Below are positions 36,996 through 47,500 of a stretch of 64,000 bases of DNA, in pieces. The stretch is taken from NCBI GenBank assembly GCA_964536205.1, contig CAZHVT010000001.1, positions 69,944-133,943 on the forward strand. The letters run 5' to 3'. Made by a program: the position numbers and the translations under genes. The notes under the pieces were generated by a model. The model was not told the origin of the DNA and searched no databases. It was given only the letters and a program-made list of their open reading frames with translations. This DNA comes from an uncultured Gammaproteobacteria bacterium. Lineage in GTDB: Bacteria > Patescibacteriota > Patescibacteriia > Magasanikbacterales > GCA-002688135. The stretch's first letter is position 1. Each line of letters starts with the position of its first letter.

Positions 36996-37430
36996 ATGAA
37001 GAAATTTTTATTTTCGTTTTTAGTGGGTGGTTTGATTCTTGCGCCAGGTGCTGTTTTTGCAGAAGAGCCAGAATGTCCGACAGGACAAGAAGGTCATGCG
37101 GCACAACTTTTGCTCAATAAAGCCGGATGTGAGGGTGGGTATAACACAAATCCGGAGGAGTCGAGCTTAACAGTGATTATTGCAAAGATGATTCGAAATG
37201 TATTTGCATTGCTTGGGATTTTAATGGTTGTGTATACGGTGTGGGCTGGATTTAAATGGATGACTGCTGCTGGAGATTCTGGTCAGGTTGATGAAGCAAA
37301 GAACATGCTGAAGAATGCTGTGATTGGGATGGCGATTATGTTGATGGCCTTTTCGATTGCGCAGTTTGTTGTGGGAAGTTTATCGAAATCGGTTAGCTCG
37401 AGTGGTGAGGTTGAAGCTGGTCAGCAGTAA
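36996..37430 (+). CDS. TrbC/VirB2-type pilin-like protein, paralog 9
   Basis: Signal peptide (MKKFLFSFLVGGLILAPGAVFA). C-terminus MVVYTVWAGFKWMTAAGDSGQ plus a second TM. Hairpin terminator about 37448-37485 follows. Confidence 0.65.
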   Translation: MKKFLFSFLVGGLILAPGAVFAEEPECPTGQEGHAAQLLLNKAGCEGGYNTNPEESSLTVIIAKMIRNVFALLGILMVVYTVWAGFKWMTAAGDSGQVDEAKNMLKNAVIGMAIMLMAFSIAQFVVGSLSKSVSSSGEVEAGQQ

Positions 37431-37521
37431 TTTTTTTGAAACAAAATAAAAATCCCATCAACTTCGTGTTGTGGGATTTTTCATTCCGTAGAATTTTCAA
37501 TACTCAAGACTTCTTGTCTTT

Positions 37522-38214
37522 TTACCAACTGAACCGATCGAAACCGATTGATCGGTGTGGCCCGCGTGATCGCACGCGTCGTGGGCCGTACTTTTGGGTG
37601 GACTTACTAAGCACAGTGACCTGGCCGTTGTAAGCATTGATGGCATATTGCACCGCGTTAACGCGAATGCTGCCACCAAATCTTGTTGGCACCGTCCAGC
37701 ATGTTTCACCTGGCGGTAACAAACCCATTCCGTTGTACGTGGGGACTCCTCCAGGAAGGAGATGTCCTGTATCCACTTGTTCACCGATCACGACCAGCGA
37801 CTTCCCGTTGAGACGCAGTCCGATTGGACTACGCATTCCGTTTCTGATCGCAACCGTTTGAAACACGGGAACTCGTGACGGACGATCGAGAAAGCAAGGA
37901 AGTCTTTTCGCGGCAGCCGTTGTGACTCGCCGCGGCTGTTGCACGTTGCTGGTGCGAGGCGATGCCTTTCGTGAACGTTTGACTCGACGAGTCGTGCGCT
38001 TACGTTGGCGTGGTTTTTCCGGAGCTGCTTGTGGAGCAACTTGCGGAGCTGGCTTTGGACGATTTGCATCATCTGCCAGACGTCCGAAGTTTACCAACTC
38101 ATTTGCGAGCTGCCGATCGATCGTGCTGTTAGTTGCACGCTCTTGTTTTAGGTTGCCCTGGTTAGAGGCGCAACCCATTGTCATTGCTGTCAGAACAAAA
38201 ATGAACCGTTGCAT
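37522..38214 (-). CDS. Hypothetical lipoprotein with a basic, Pro-rich disordered linker. Encoded in a GC-rich island.
   Basis: Lipobox LTAMTMGCAS. Local GC about 58% versus about 43% flanking. No recognisable catalytic motif. Confidence 0.45.
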   Translation of the reverse strand: MQRFIFVLTAMTMGCASNQGNLKQERATNSTIDRQLANELVNFGRLADDANRPKPAPQVAPQAAPEKPRQRKRTTRRVKRSRKASPRTSNVQQPRRVTTAAAKRLPCFLDRPSRVPVFQTVAIRNGMRSPIGLRLNGKSLVVIGEQVDTGHLLPGGVPTYNGMGLLPPGETCWTVPTRFGGSIRVNAVQYAINAYNGQVTVLSKSTQKYGPRRVRSRGPHRSIGFDRFSW

Positions 38215-38224
38215 GGATTCTCCT

Positions 38225-38626
38225 CTAGTAGTTGTAGTAGCTTCCGTCGTTGAGCGTGTGAGGTGGTGGGGTGAATTGCCCCGCTCCCCATCCGTTCATT
38301 CCGACGTAGCCGCCGTATCCCAGGTTTGCTTGTTGAATGGCGAGTACGCAATCCGCATCGCCTTTGCGCAAACAATCGGCTAGAAGTTCTTGTCGCTGCA
38401 GCGCCGACATGGCGAAGATGCGACGAATTTCCAGATTTCCGAGTGCTCGCTCGCGACGCGTCTCTGCGTCAGTTGCGATTGCGTGAGCGCGCGCTGTTCG
38501 AATCGGTGACTCGAAAAAGCGACCCTCATACGAATAACCTTTCCCCTCCACTTTCGCGTGAGAGAAACAACCCATCCCGACGCCTGAAAGCGCGAGAATC
38601 AGAATCATTGAACTTACTCTGTACAT
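38225..38626 (-). CDS. Hypothetical lipoprotein (133 aa), GC-rich island
   Basis: Lipobox LALSGVGMGC. Same compositional anomaly as the neighbouring gene. Possibly co-transcribed with it. Confidence 0.45.
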   Translation of the reverse strand: MYRVSSMILILALSGVGMGCFSHAKVEGKGYSYEGRFFESPIRTARAHAIATDAETRRERALGNLEIRRIFAMSALQRQELLADCLRKGDADCVLAIQQANLGYGGYVGMNGWGAGQFTPPPHTLNDGSYYNY

Positions 38627-38814
38627 GCTATCTCCTCTTTTTGACTCAAATTAGTGAAATGTTCGGATCTCATGAGGTACAAGTCCCCATTTACGAGATA
38701 ATTTATACTACCACAAAAAAGCCGTTTTGTCAAGATACTTGCGTCTGTATTTAATGTAATTTTGGTGTATTTCTCTCATTTTACGGGTTCTGGGATGTAT
38801 GGTTGTAGGCAACA

Positions 38815-38975
38815 GATTAGTATCTAGTATCTAGTATTTTGCGAAGTAGTTAGCATGTCATCCCGGCGCAGGCCGGGATCCATTGTATGTGGTAGACATG
38901 GATCCCGGCCTGCGCCGGGATGACGTTCTATTAACTAAACCGCATACAAGATACTAGATACATCATCCGGCTGTC
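38815..38975. repeat. Nested palindrome: outer family-F arms (gtatctagtatctagtat ... gatactagatac) enclosing an inner perfect family-C inverted repeat (gtcatcccggcgcaggccgggatcc ... ggatcccggcctgcgccgggatgac)
   Basis: Forms the right border of the GC-rich lipoprotein island. A second family-F copy without the inner element lies at 27355-27500. Confidence 0.7.
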
Positions 38976-39032
38976 ACCATATGTGAATCCGCGCTATAAT
39001 AAGAGACAAGGAAAAGCTCAATAGAAAGAAGG

Positions 39033-40292
39033 ATGGGAAATCAAGCTCAAACAAAATTACGAGAGGCGGTTCGAAGTGTGACATATGCACGACGAAAACG
39101 TCTTTCTCGTTTTCGGGAATTTGAAACTGCTGTGCAAGCAGATATTTTGAAACATGTTTCGAAGAAGATGGCATGTTTTTTGGTTCGTCGAATGAGTTTG
39201 AAGGAGCTTGATGCTGTGTTGTCATTTTATGATCCTGATCAGGTGACGCGGTTGTTGCGATGTGTTCCGAAGCGTCGTCAGCAAACTTTGATAAAGAAAA
39301 TGAATCGTCATGTACAATCTCAAGTTGAATTGTTGTTGAATTTTTCATCGCATACTGCGGCTGGAATGATGAGTGTTGATTATGTAATGGTTGATCCGGA
39401 AAGTCATTTTAAGGAAGTGTTTGCGCGGGTTAAGGAGCACGAGAGAAAAACGGGGCGTGTTCCGACGGTGTTGGTTGAGGATCATAATACATTGATTGGC
39501 GGTTTGCGTTTTGTTGATATTGCGATTGAATCTGGTCGAAAAAGGATTGGTAATTATATTAAGAAAGTTCCGACGATTTCGTATGATGCGAATTCTGCGC
39601 AAGTTATTTCAAAATTTGAGCATAACCCTCATAAGCAGGTTGTGGTTTTGGGAGATGAGGGGCAGGTTTTGGGTGTGATTTATTCTGATGATATTATTCG
39701 ATTGTTGCGTGCGCAGCGTGCGTCAGATTTGTATGATTTTGCGAATGTTGACCCAGAAGAGGATCCGCTTGATCCGTGGTGGAAGAAAGTGAGTTATCGA
39801 TGGCCGTGGTTGGTGATTAATTTAGGAACTGGATTTTTGGCTGCGGCGGTGGTGAGCGCGTTTCAAGATACGATTCAAGCGTTTGTGTTGCTGGCGGTGT
39901 ATATGCCGATTGTTGCGGGGATGGGGGGAAATGCTGGAACGCAGAGTTTGGTGGTGACGGTGCGGGGGATTACATTGCGGGTTGTTGAATTAAAAACAGG
40001 ATTTCGTTTGATTTTTCGTGAGGTTATGGCAGGCGCAGTTAATGGTTTGATTGTTGGTGTGATTGCGACTGCGGTTGCTGTGATTTGGAACAAATCTCCG
40101 ATGTTTGGATTGGTTTTGGGTATTTCAATGGTTTTGAATTTAATGATTGCTGGTTTTTTTGGAGCGTTTGTTCCTTTGTTAATGAAACGGTTAGGAAAAG
40201 ACCCTGCAACTAGTGCGACGATTTTTATTACTACAGCTACGGATGTGTTTGGATTTTTAGCTTTCTTGGGATTAGCAGCTGCGATATTGTAG
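39033..40292 (+). CDS. mgtE: Magnesium transporter MgtE
   Basis: MgtE N-domain, tandem CBS region and a C-terminal 5-TM domain with the conserved GNAGTQS motif (GGNAGTQSLVV). Confidence 0.85.
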   Translation: MGNQAQTKLREAVRSVTYARRKRLSRFREFETAVQADILKHVSKKMACFLVRRMSLKELDAVLSFYDPDQVTRLLRCVPKRRQQTLIKKMNRHVQSQVELLLNFSSHTAAGMMSVDYVMVDPESHFKEVFARVKEHERKTGRVPTVLVEDHNTLIGGLRFVDIAIESGRKRIGNYIKKVPTISYDANSAQVISKFEHNPHKQVVVLGDEGQVLGVIYSDDIIRLLRAQRASDLYDFANVDPEEDPLDPWWKKVSYRWPWLVINLGTGFLAAAVVSAFQDTIQAFVLLAVYMPIVAGMGGNAGTQSLVVTVRGITLRVVELKTGFRLIFREVMAGAVNGLIVGVIATAVAVIWNKSPMFGLVLGISMVLNLMIAGFFGAFVPLLMKRLGKDPATSATIFITTATDVFGFLAFLGLAAAIL

Positions 40293-40861
40293 ATTGTGTG
40301 GATAACATATAATGCTTGTGAATTGCATTATTTTTTTATTCGGTATTAGTATTATTATAGAACTAAAATTAGTTGAATAATTGTTCACTTGACAGTTTCA
40401 GGGGAATCCATTATTTGCTTGACAGATGCTAAAAATTCGTGTTATATTAGTTTTGCTACTGGTATGAGATGTCATATCAGACCAATTCTTCTCAATTGAG
40501 CTGTTTTTGCTGGCAATCGCTAGAAAGGCTTGCCGCATAATGGCTAGAGGCTGAAATGAAATATCGTTCCATGTGAAATTAGCTCTTTTTTCCTCAATTA
40601 TCCTCAAAACTCCTTGACGATACACCTGTATCGACGCGGCGTTTGTTCGTATAATATGAGAAAAAAAATTCAAAATTTCACAAAGAAACGACATTCCACT
40701 TCAACCTCTATGTGTACCCATCACATGCAAATTGTATCAATCGCAAACTTAAATTAACGAAACACCTTGATTCATTCGGGTGCTTTTTTTGTTGTGTGTG
40801 GAGAGTGTGCGATGCGGTTCAATCAGCTTAAATGAGAGGAAAAATGTTTTTGAAATTATAT

Positions 40862-40992
40862 TATCATTGTTGTCAGCTTGTAGCTGGTAGCTTGTGGCTT
40901 GTAGGGAATGTGTCGCCAAGGCGACGATCTATATGTCAAACATTGTTTGACTCATTTCTAAAAGCTAAAAGCTAAAAGCTAAAAGCTAACTG
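40862..40992. repeat. Family-B-like palindrome (gcttgtagc arms around gtcgccaaggcgac) followed by a 4x agctaaa tandem heptamer, in the rpoB leader
   Basis: cagcttgtagctggtagcttgtggcttgtagggaatgtgtcgccaaggcgacg ... aaaagctaaaagctaaaagctaaaagctaac. Confidence 0.55.
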
Positions 40993-40995
40993 TGT

Positions 40996-43900
40996 ATGCC
41001 CCACTACAAACGACGCGAAGCGACGGAACCACGTCGATACTTCACAGATACATTTGATCTGCCATTGCCAGATCTCACACAAATGCAGAAGGATTCTTAT
41101 GAATGGTTTTTGCGAGAGGGAATTGGCGATCTTTTTGAGGAGCTTTCTCCGATTGTTGATTATTCGGGTGAATTGAACCTTAACATGGTGAATTATTTTA
41201 TTGATGAACCAAAATTTGATGAATATACATGTCGCGAGAAAAATGTGACATATGAGGCGCCAATTCGTGTACAGACACAATTGAAAAATTCACGAACGGG
41301 TGAAGTGAAAGAACAAGAGGTTTTCTTGGGCGATATTCCTTTGATGACAAAGCGGGGCACGTTTGTCATTAATGGAGTTGAGCGTGTGGTGGTTTCTCAA
41401 ATCATTCGTTCTCCTGGTGCGTTCTTCACGGCGAAGTTGGCTCGAGGGCGAAAATATTATGGTGCGAAAATTATTCCAAATCGTGGAGCATGGATTGAGA
41501 TTGAAACAGATTTGCATAACATTATTTGGGTGAAGGTTGATCGAAAACGAAAAGCGCCAATTACAACATTGTTGCGAGCGTTTGGATATGAAACCGATGA
41601 TGAGATTCGTGAGTTATTTCGGGAGGTGAACAATCATCCTCAAATTAATTATATTGAAAATTGTTTGGCGAAGGATGCTGCAGCAAATTCAGATGAGGCG
41701 ATGATTGAGATTTACAAGCGTATTCGTCCGGGTGATTTGGCAACAGTTGATAATGCTCGAAGTTTGATTGAATCAATGTTTTTCAATTTTGATCGATATG
41801 ATTTGGGGCCGGTTGGACGATATAAATATAATGAACGTTTTGGATTGCCACATAGTGAGGAATCTGAATCAAAGGAAAATCGAATTTTGACGAAGGAAGA
41901 TGTTGCGCGGATTGTGCATGAGGTGATTCGATTGAGTGTGAATCAGTTGGAGCCGGATGATATTGATCATTTGGGAAATCGACGTATTAAAGCGATTGGT
42001 GAGTTGGTGCAAAATCGATTCAGAATTGGTTTGGCTCGTATGGAGAGAATTGTTCGTGATCGAATGAGTACGTATGATCCATCAACCATGACGTCATCTC
42101 GTTTGATTAATGCGCGTCCGATGATTGGTGCGATTCGAGAGTTTTTTATGAGTTCGCAGTTGTCGCAGTTTATGGATCAGACAAATCCTTTGGCGGAGTT
42201 GGAGCATAAACGAAGAATTTCTGCGATGGGACCGGGTGGACTTTCTCGTGATCGTGCGGGGTTTGAGGTTCGTGATGTGCACCCAACTCATTACGGTCGT
42301 ATTTGTCCGATTCAAACTCCTGAGGGACCAAATATTGGATTGGTGGGGCATTTATCTTCGTATTCTCGTATTAATCAATATGGATTTTTGGAAACGCCGT
42401 ATCGAAAAGTTTTAAAAGAGGTTGCAAATGATGGAAAGGCTGCGGTTGGAGAGATTGCGCGTGGTGATCAGTCTGGTGTAAAGGATGGAGAAAAGATCAC
42501 CAAAGAACATGCAGCTGCGTTGAAATCTGGTGGTGCTGAACATGTGAAGGTGAAACCTCGTGTGACAACAGAAATTGATTATTTGAATGCGTTTGAAGAA
42601 GGAAAGGTTGTTACGACGGCGGTTGTGAAAGAGGTTGATGCTGATGGGTACTTCTTGGAAGACAAAGTTGAGTTGCGAGATAAGCAGGAGCCGGGATTTG
42701 ATAGTGTTGAGAAAGTTGATTATGTGGATGTTTCTTCAAAGCAGGTTGTATCGATTGCAACGAGTTTGATTCCGTTTTTGGAGCATGATGATGCGTCTCG
42801 TGCGCTCATGGGATCGAACATGCAACGGCAGGCTGTGCCTTTGATTGCGCCTGAAGCTCCTATTGTGGGAACTGGTGTTGAGGAACATGTGGCTCGAAAT
42901 TCTGGGCACATGATTTTGGCATCTGAAGATGGAGAGATTACAAAAGTTGGTGCAAACATTGTTGAACTTACCGGAAAATCTGGAGAGGTTCATACATATC
43001 GTGTGAATCGTTATTTGAAATCAAATAGTTCATCAGCGATTAATCAGAGAATCTTAGTTACAACTGGTGATAAAGTTAAAAAAGGTGATGTGCTTTCAGA
43101 TGGGCCATCGACTGATAAGGGTGAAATTGCATTAGGAAAAAATGTGTTAGTTGCCTACATGGTGTGGGATGGATTTAATTATGAGGATGCGATTATTGTT
43201 TCGGATCGATTGGTGAAGGATGATGTGTTTACGTCGGTGCATATTGAACAACACACATGTACGGTTCGTGAAACGAAGTTGGGGCCAGAATTGATTACAT
43301 CAGATATTCCAAATGTTTCAGAAGAGAAATTGAAGAATTTGGATCATGAGGGTGTGATTCGAGTTGGTGCGGAGGTTTCAATGGGAGATATTCTTGTCGG
43401 AAAAATTACGCCAAAGGGTGAAACAGAATTGTCAGCTGAAGAGAAACTGTTGCGTGCGATTTTCGGTGAGAAAGCTCGTGATGTTCGTGATACATCTTTA
43501 TCACTTGAACACGGAGAGCATGGAAAGGTTATTGATATCAAAGTGTTCTCGGCTGAAAATGGAGATAAACTTTCGCCCGGAGTTATTAAATCAGTTCAGG
43601 TAAGTGTTGCAGATCTGCGAAAGATTCAAGTGGGAGATAAAATGGCGGGGCGTCATGGAAATAAGGGTGTGGTATCGAAGATTGTTCCACAAGAAGATAT
43701 GCCATTTTTAGAAGATGGTACGCCGGTTGATATTATTTTGTCGCCGTTGGGTGTTATTTCTCGTATGAACTTGGGGCAGTTGCTCGAAACTCATTTGGGA
43801 TTGGCGGCCAATGCGATGCAATATACGGCAGCAACTCCTGTCTTGAATGGTGTGTCGGTTCCACAAATTAAAGAACAGTTGCGAGAGGCAGGATTCTCTG

Positions 43901-44427
43901 ATGATGGAAAATCTCAATTGTATGATGGAAAAACTGGTAAGCCATTTGATCATGTTACTACAGTTGGGTGGGTGTACATGTTGAAATTGGTGCATATGGT
44001 TGAAGATAAATTGCATCAACGTTCAATTGGGCCGTACTCATTGATTACACAGCAGCCGCTTGGTGGTAAGGCGCAGTTTGGTGGGCAGCGATTTGGAGAG
44101 ATGGAGGTGTGGGCGCTTGAGGCGTATGGTGCTGGTCACATGTTACAAGAAATTTTGACGATTAAGTCTGACGATATTCCAGGTCGGTCGAAGGCTTTTG
44201 AATCTATTATTAAAGGTGAGCCAATTGTGAAGCGAAATATTCCTGAATCATTTCAGGTGTTGCTTCGTGAGTTGAAGGGGTTGTGTTTGGATGTTTCATT
44301 AATGCGCAAGAATGAAGCTGGCGCATTTGATGTGATTTCACAAAGCACGAAGCCGGATCCAGAGAAAGGTGCTCCGCCACCACCTGTTCGTTCACCTCGA
44401 ACGAGGGTTAAAAATATTGATAGATAA
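40996..44427 (+). CDS. rpoB: DNA-directed RNA polymerase subunit beta
   Basis: 1143 aa with the conserved RpoB blocks (GEMEVWALEAYGA, NLGQLLETHLG and others). Confidence 0.97.
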   Translation: MPHYKRREATEPRRYFTDTFDLPLPDLTQMQKDSYEWFLREGIGDLFEELSPIVDYSGELNLNMVNYFIDEPKFDEYTCREKNVTYEAPIRVQTQLKNSRTGEVKEQEVFLGDIPLMTKRGTFVINGVERVVVSQIIRSPGAFFTAKLARGRKYYGAKIIPNRGAWIEIETDLHNIIWVKVDRKRKAPITTLLRAFGYETDDEIRELFREVNNHPQINYIENCLAKDAAANSDEAMIEIYKRIRPGDLATVDNARSLIESMFFNFDRYDLGPVGRYKYNERFGLPHSEESESKENRILTKEDVARIVHEVIRLSVNQLEPDDIDHLGNRRIKAIGELVQNRFRIGLARMERIVRDRMSTYDPSTMTSSRLINARPMIGAIREFFMSSQLSQFMDQTNPLAELEHKRRISAMGPGGLSRDRAGFEVRDVHPTHYGRICPIQTPEGPNIGLVGHLSSYSRINQYGFLETPYRKVLKEVANDGKAAVGEIARGDQSGVKDGEKITKEHAAALKSGGAEHVKVKPRVTTEIDYLNAFEEGKVVTTAVVKEVDADGYFLEDKVELRDKQEPGFDSVEKVDYVDVSSKQVVSIATSLIPFLEHDDASRALMGSNMQRQAVPLIAPEAPIVGTGVEEHVARNSGHMILASEDGEITKVGANIVELTGKSGEVHTYRVNRYLKSNSSSAINQRILVTTGDKVKKGDVLSDGPSTDKGEIALGKNVLVAYMVWDGFNYEDAIIVSDRLVKDDVFTSVHIEQHTCTVRETKLGPELITSDIPNVSEEKLKNLDHEGVIRVGAEVSMGDILVGKITPKGETELSAEEKLLRAIFGEKARDVRDTSLSLEHGEHGKVIDIKVFSAENGDKLSPGVIKSVQVSVADLRKIQVGDKMAGRHGNKGVVSKIVPQEDMPFLEDGTPVDIILSPLGVISRMNLGQLLETHLGLAANAMQYTAATPVLNGVSVPQIKEQLREAGFSDDGKSQLYDGKTGKPFDHVTTVGWVYMLKLVHMVEDKLHQRSIGPYSLITQQPLGGKAQFGGQRFGEMEVWALEAYGAGHMLQEILTIKSDDIPGRSKAFESIIKGEPIVKRNIPESFQVLLRELKGLCLDVSLMRKNEAGAFDVISQSTKPDPEKGAPPPPVRSPRTRVKNIDR

Positions 44428-44429
44428 AG

Positions 44430-44495
44430 CGATTAGCGTTTAGCGTTTAGCGATTAGTCTAAACGAAAACTAAACGCTTTACGCTAAACGCTCAA
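44430..44495 (+). repeat. Family-A intercistronic element (rpoB-rpoC spacer)
   Basis: agcgattagcgtttagcgtttagcgattagtctaaacgaaaactaaacgctttacgctaaacgctcaaaaaaatATG. Confidence 0.65.
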
Positions 44496-44501
44496 AAAAA
44501 T

Positions 44502-47500
44502 ATGTTTAATCAACCATTAGCAGATTTCGACGCACTAAAGATCGAGCTCGCCTCTCCGGAGACGATCAAAGATTGGTCTTTTGGTGAAGTCATGAAACCT
44601 GAAACAATTAATTATCGTACACAGAAACCTGAAAAGGGTGGTTTGTTTGCGGAAGAAATTTTTGGTCCTACAAAGGATTGGGAATGTTATTGTGGAAAAT
44701 ATCGTAAGATTCGTTATAAAGGAATTGTGTGTGATAAGTGTGGTGTTGAGGTGACACATTCTTTGGTGCGACGTGAACGAATGGCACATATTGAATTGGC
44801 TGCGCCTGTGTCACATATTTGGTTCTTGCGTTCTATTCCATCAAAATTGGGATTGATTCTCGACATGTCTATGCAGAATGTTGAGAAGGTGATTTATTTT
44901 GCCATGTTTGTGATTACTGATGTTGATAAAGATTTGAAGGCTGCGACATATGAGCAATTGAAATCAGAATATAAAGGAAAGAAAAAACAAATTGAGAATG
45001 ATTTGAAACGAAAGTTGGATCAATTGGAAAAAGGTGAGGCGAAATATACAAAAGCTGAAGCTGAAGAAGAGGGTGAGCGAAAGATGGAATCTTTGGATGA
45101 GGAATTTGCAGAAGCTGATGCAGCGTTGAAGTTGATTGAGCCGTTGCGATTGATTACTGAACATCAATATCAGGAGATGTCATTGCAGTATGGTCATTTG
45201 TTTGATGCGGCTGTTGGTGCAGAGGCGATTCATATGTTGTTGTCTCGTATGGATGTTGATGGAACGATTAAACAATTGGAAGAAGCTTTGAAAACTGCTC
45301 CGAAAAGTAAGAAGCAGCGAATGGTTCGACGTACGCAATTGTTGAAAGGATTGCATCGTCAAGGGATTAAACCTGAATGGATGATTTTGACGGTTGTGCC
45401 GGTGATTCCACCAGATTTGCGTCCGATGGTTGCTTTGGATGGAGGGCGTTATGCGACATCTGATGTGAATGATTTGTATCGTCGTGTGATTAATCGAAAT
45501 AATCGTTTGAAGCGATTGAGAGATTTGAATGCGCCGGAAATTATTGTTCGAAATGAGAAACGAATGTTGCAAGAAGCTGCTGATGCGTTGATTGATAATT
45601 CTGCGCGTCATACAAAAACTGTGACAAATCCTGCGGGAAATCGTCGACAGTTGAGAAGTTTGGCAGATACATTGAAAGGAAAGCAGGGTCGTTTCCGATC
45701 AAACTTGCTTGGTAAGCGAACTGATTATTCTGGACGTTCGGTTATTGTGGTTGGTCCATATATGAAGATTGATGAATGTGGAATTCCAAAACGAATGGCT
45801 TTGGAGCTGTTCAAACCGTTTATCATGAGCAAAATTATTAATCGAGGGATTGCACATAATATTCGAAGTGCAAGCAAGGTAATTGAATCTGAACGTCCTG
45901 AAGTTTGGGATATTTTGGAAGAGGTTACGAAGACTCGATACGTGTTGCTTAACCGTGCGCCAACACTTCATCGTTTGGGTATTCAAGCTTTCCGTCCTCG
46001 TTTGATTGAGGGTAAAGCTATTCAGTTGCATCCATTGGTATGTACCGCGTTTAATGCGGATTTTGATGGAGATCAAATGGCGGTGCATGTTCCGTTGACT
46101 GAAGAAGCAAAATGGGAAGCGGAGAATTTGATGAGTGCGGCGAAAAATTTATTGCGTCCAGCAAATGGTACGCCGATTGTGACACCGAAACAGGATATTG
46201 CGTTGGGATCATTTTATCTCACGAGTTGTGTTGATGAAGATAAGGATGATAAAGAATGTAAGCGTTTTTCAAGCGAGAAAGAAGCTTTGATGGCTTATGA
46301 AGTTGGTAAGATTGGATTGCAAGAGAAAATTGGTGTGCGATTCTTGGATCGTTCTCGATTTACCGATGATCAGCCGGCAGTTGTTATGACTACTGTTGGT
46401 CGAGTTATCTTCAATGGTATTTTAACGAATGCATTTCCTTACTATAACCACGCGATTACATCAAAAGGTTTGGGCGATGTGATTCATTATGCGATTGAGA
46501 CTGTCGGTCATGAATTAGCTGTTGATGTTTTGGATGGCGTAAAGGAATTAGGATTTAAATATGTGACAAAATCTGGACATTCACTTTCAATGGATGACTT
46601 TATGGTTGTTCCTGATAAAGCTGAATTGATTGCAGAGGGTAATGGTCGTGTTGATGAGATTGAAGAACAGTATGATGAAGGTTTATTAACTTCTGGTGAA
46701 CGACATATTAAGATTATTGAGGTCTGGGATGAGATTAAAAAACGTATTGTGAAGAATGTGCGTAATCAGGTTCCTGTTGAGGGTGCGGTGTATGGAATGA
46801 TTGAGTCTGGTGCTCGTGGAACGTGGGGGCAGTTGACGCAGGTGGTTGGTATGAAAGGTTTGGTGTCTAATCCTGCTGGTGACATTATTGAGTTGCCGGT
46901 GAAAGGAAGTTTTAAAGAGGGGTTTGAGGTGATTGAGTTTTTCATCTCGACTCATGGTTCTCGAAAAGGTTTGACTGATACTGCTTTGCGTACGGCGAAT
47001 GCGGGATATCTGACACGTCGTTTGGTTGATGTGTCACAGGATATTGTCATCCGCGCTGATGATTGTGGAGATGAAGATGGAATTACGCTGTCTAGCGAAG
47101 AATCAGATATGATGGGTGAGAAATTGTCATCTCGAATTTGGGGACGATATATTATTGATCCAATTAAGGATGGTCGAAAGACTATTGTGAAAGCTGATAC
47201 ATTGATTGATGAGGAATTGAAATTGAAATTAGCGAATGTGGAAATTCCGGAAGTTCGGTATCGATCAATTTTGACATGTAAGATGAATAAGGGTGTGTGT
47301 AAGAAATGTTATGGATTTGATCACTCGAAAAATCAGTTAGTTGATACAGGAACTGCAGTTGGAATTATTGCGGCGCAATCAATTGGTGAGCCGGGAACAC
47401 AGTTGACTATGAGAACTTTCCATACGGGTGGTGTGGCTGGTGGAACAGATATTACGCGTGGTTTGCCTCGTGTTGAGGAATTGTTTGAGGCTCGTAATCC

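Noticed and set aside
40300-40995. Possible gene or ncRNA in the 700-bp rpoB upstream spacer (ORF 40398..40694-)
   Set aside because: The ORF is AT-rich, low-complexity and has no RBS. The spacer is more plausibly the rpoB leader plus repeat elements.
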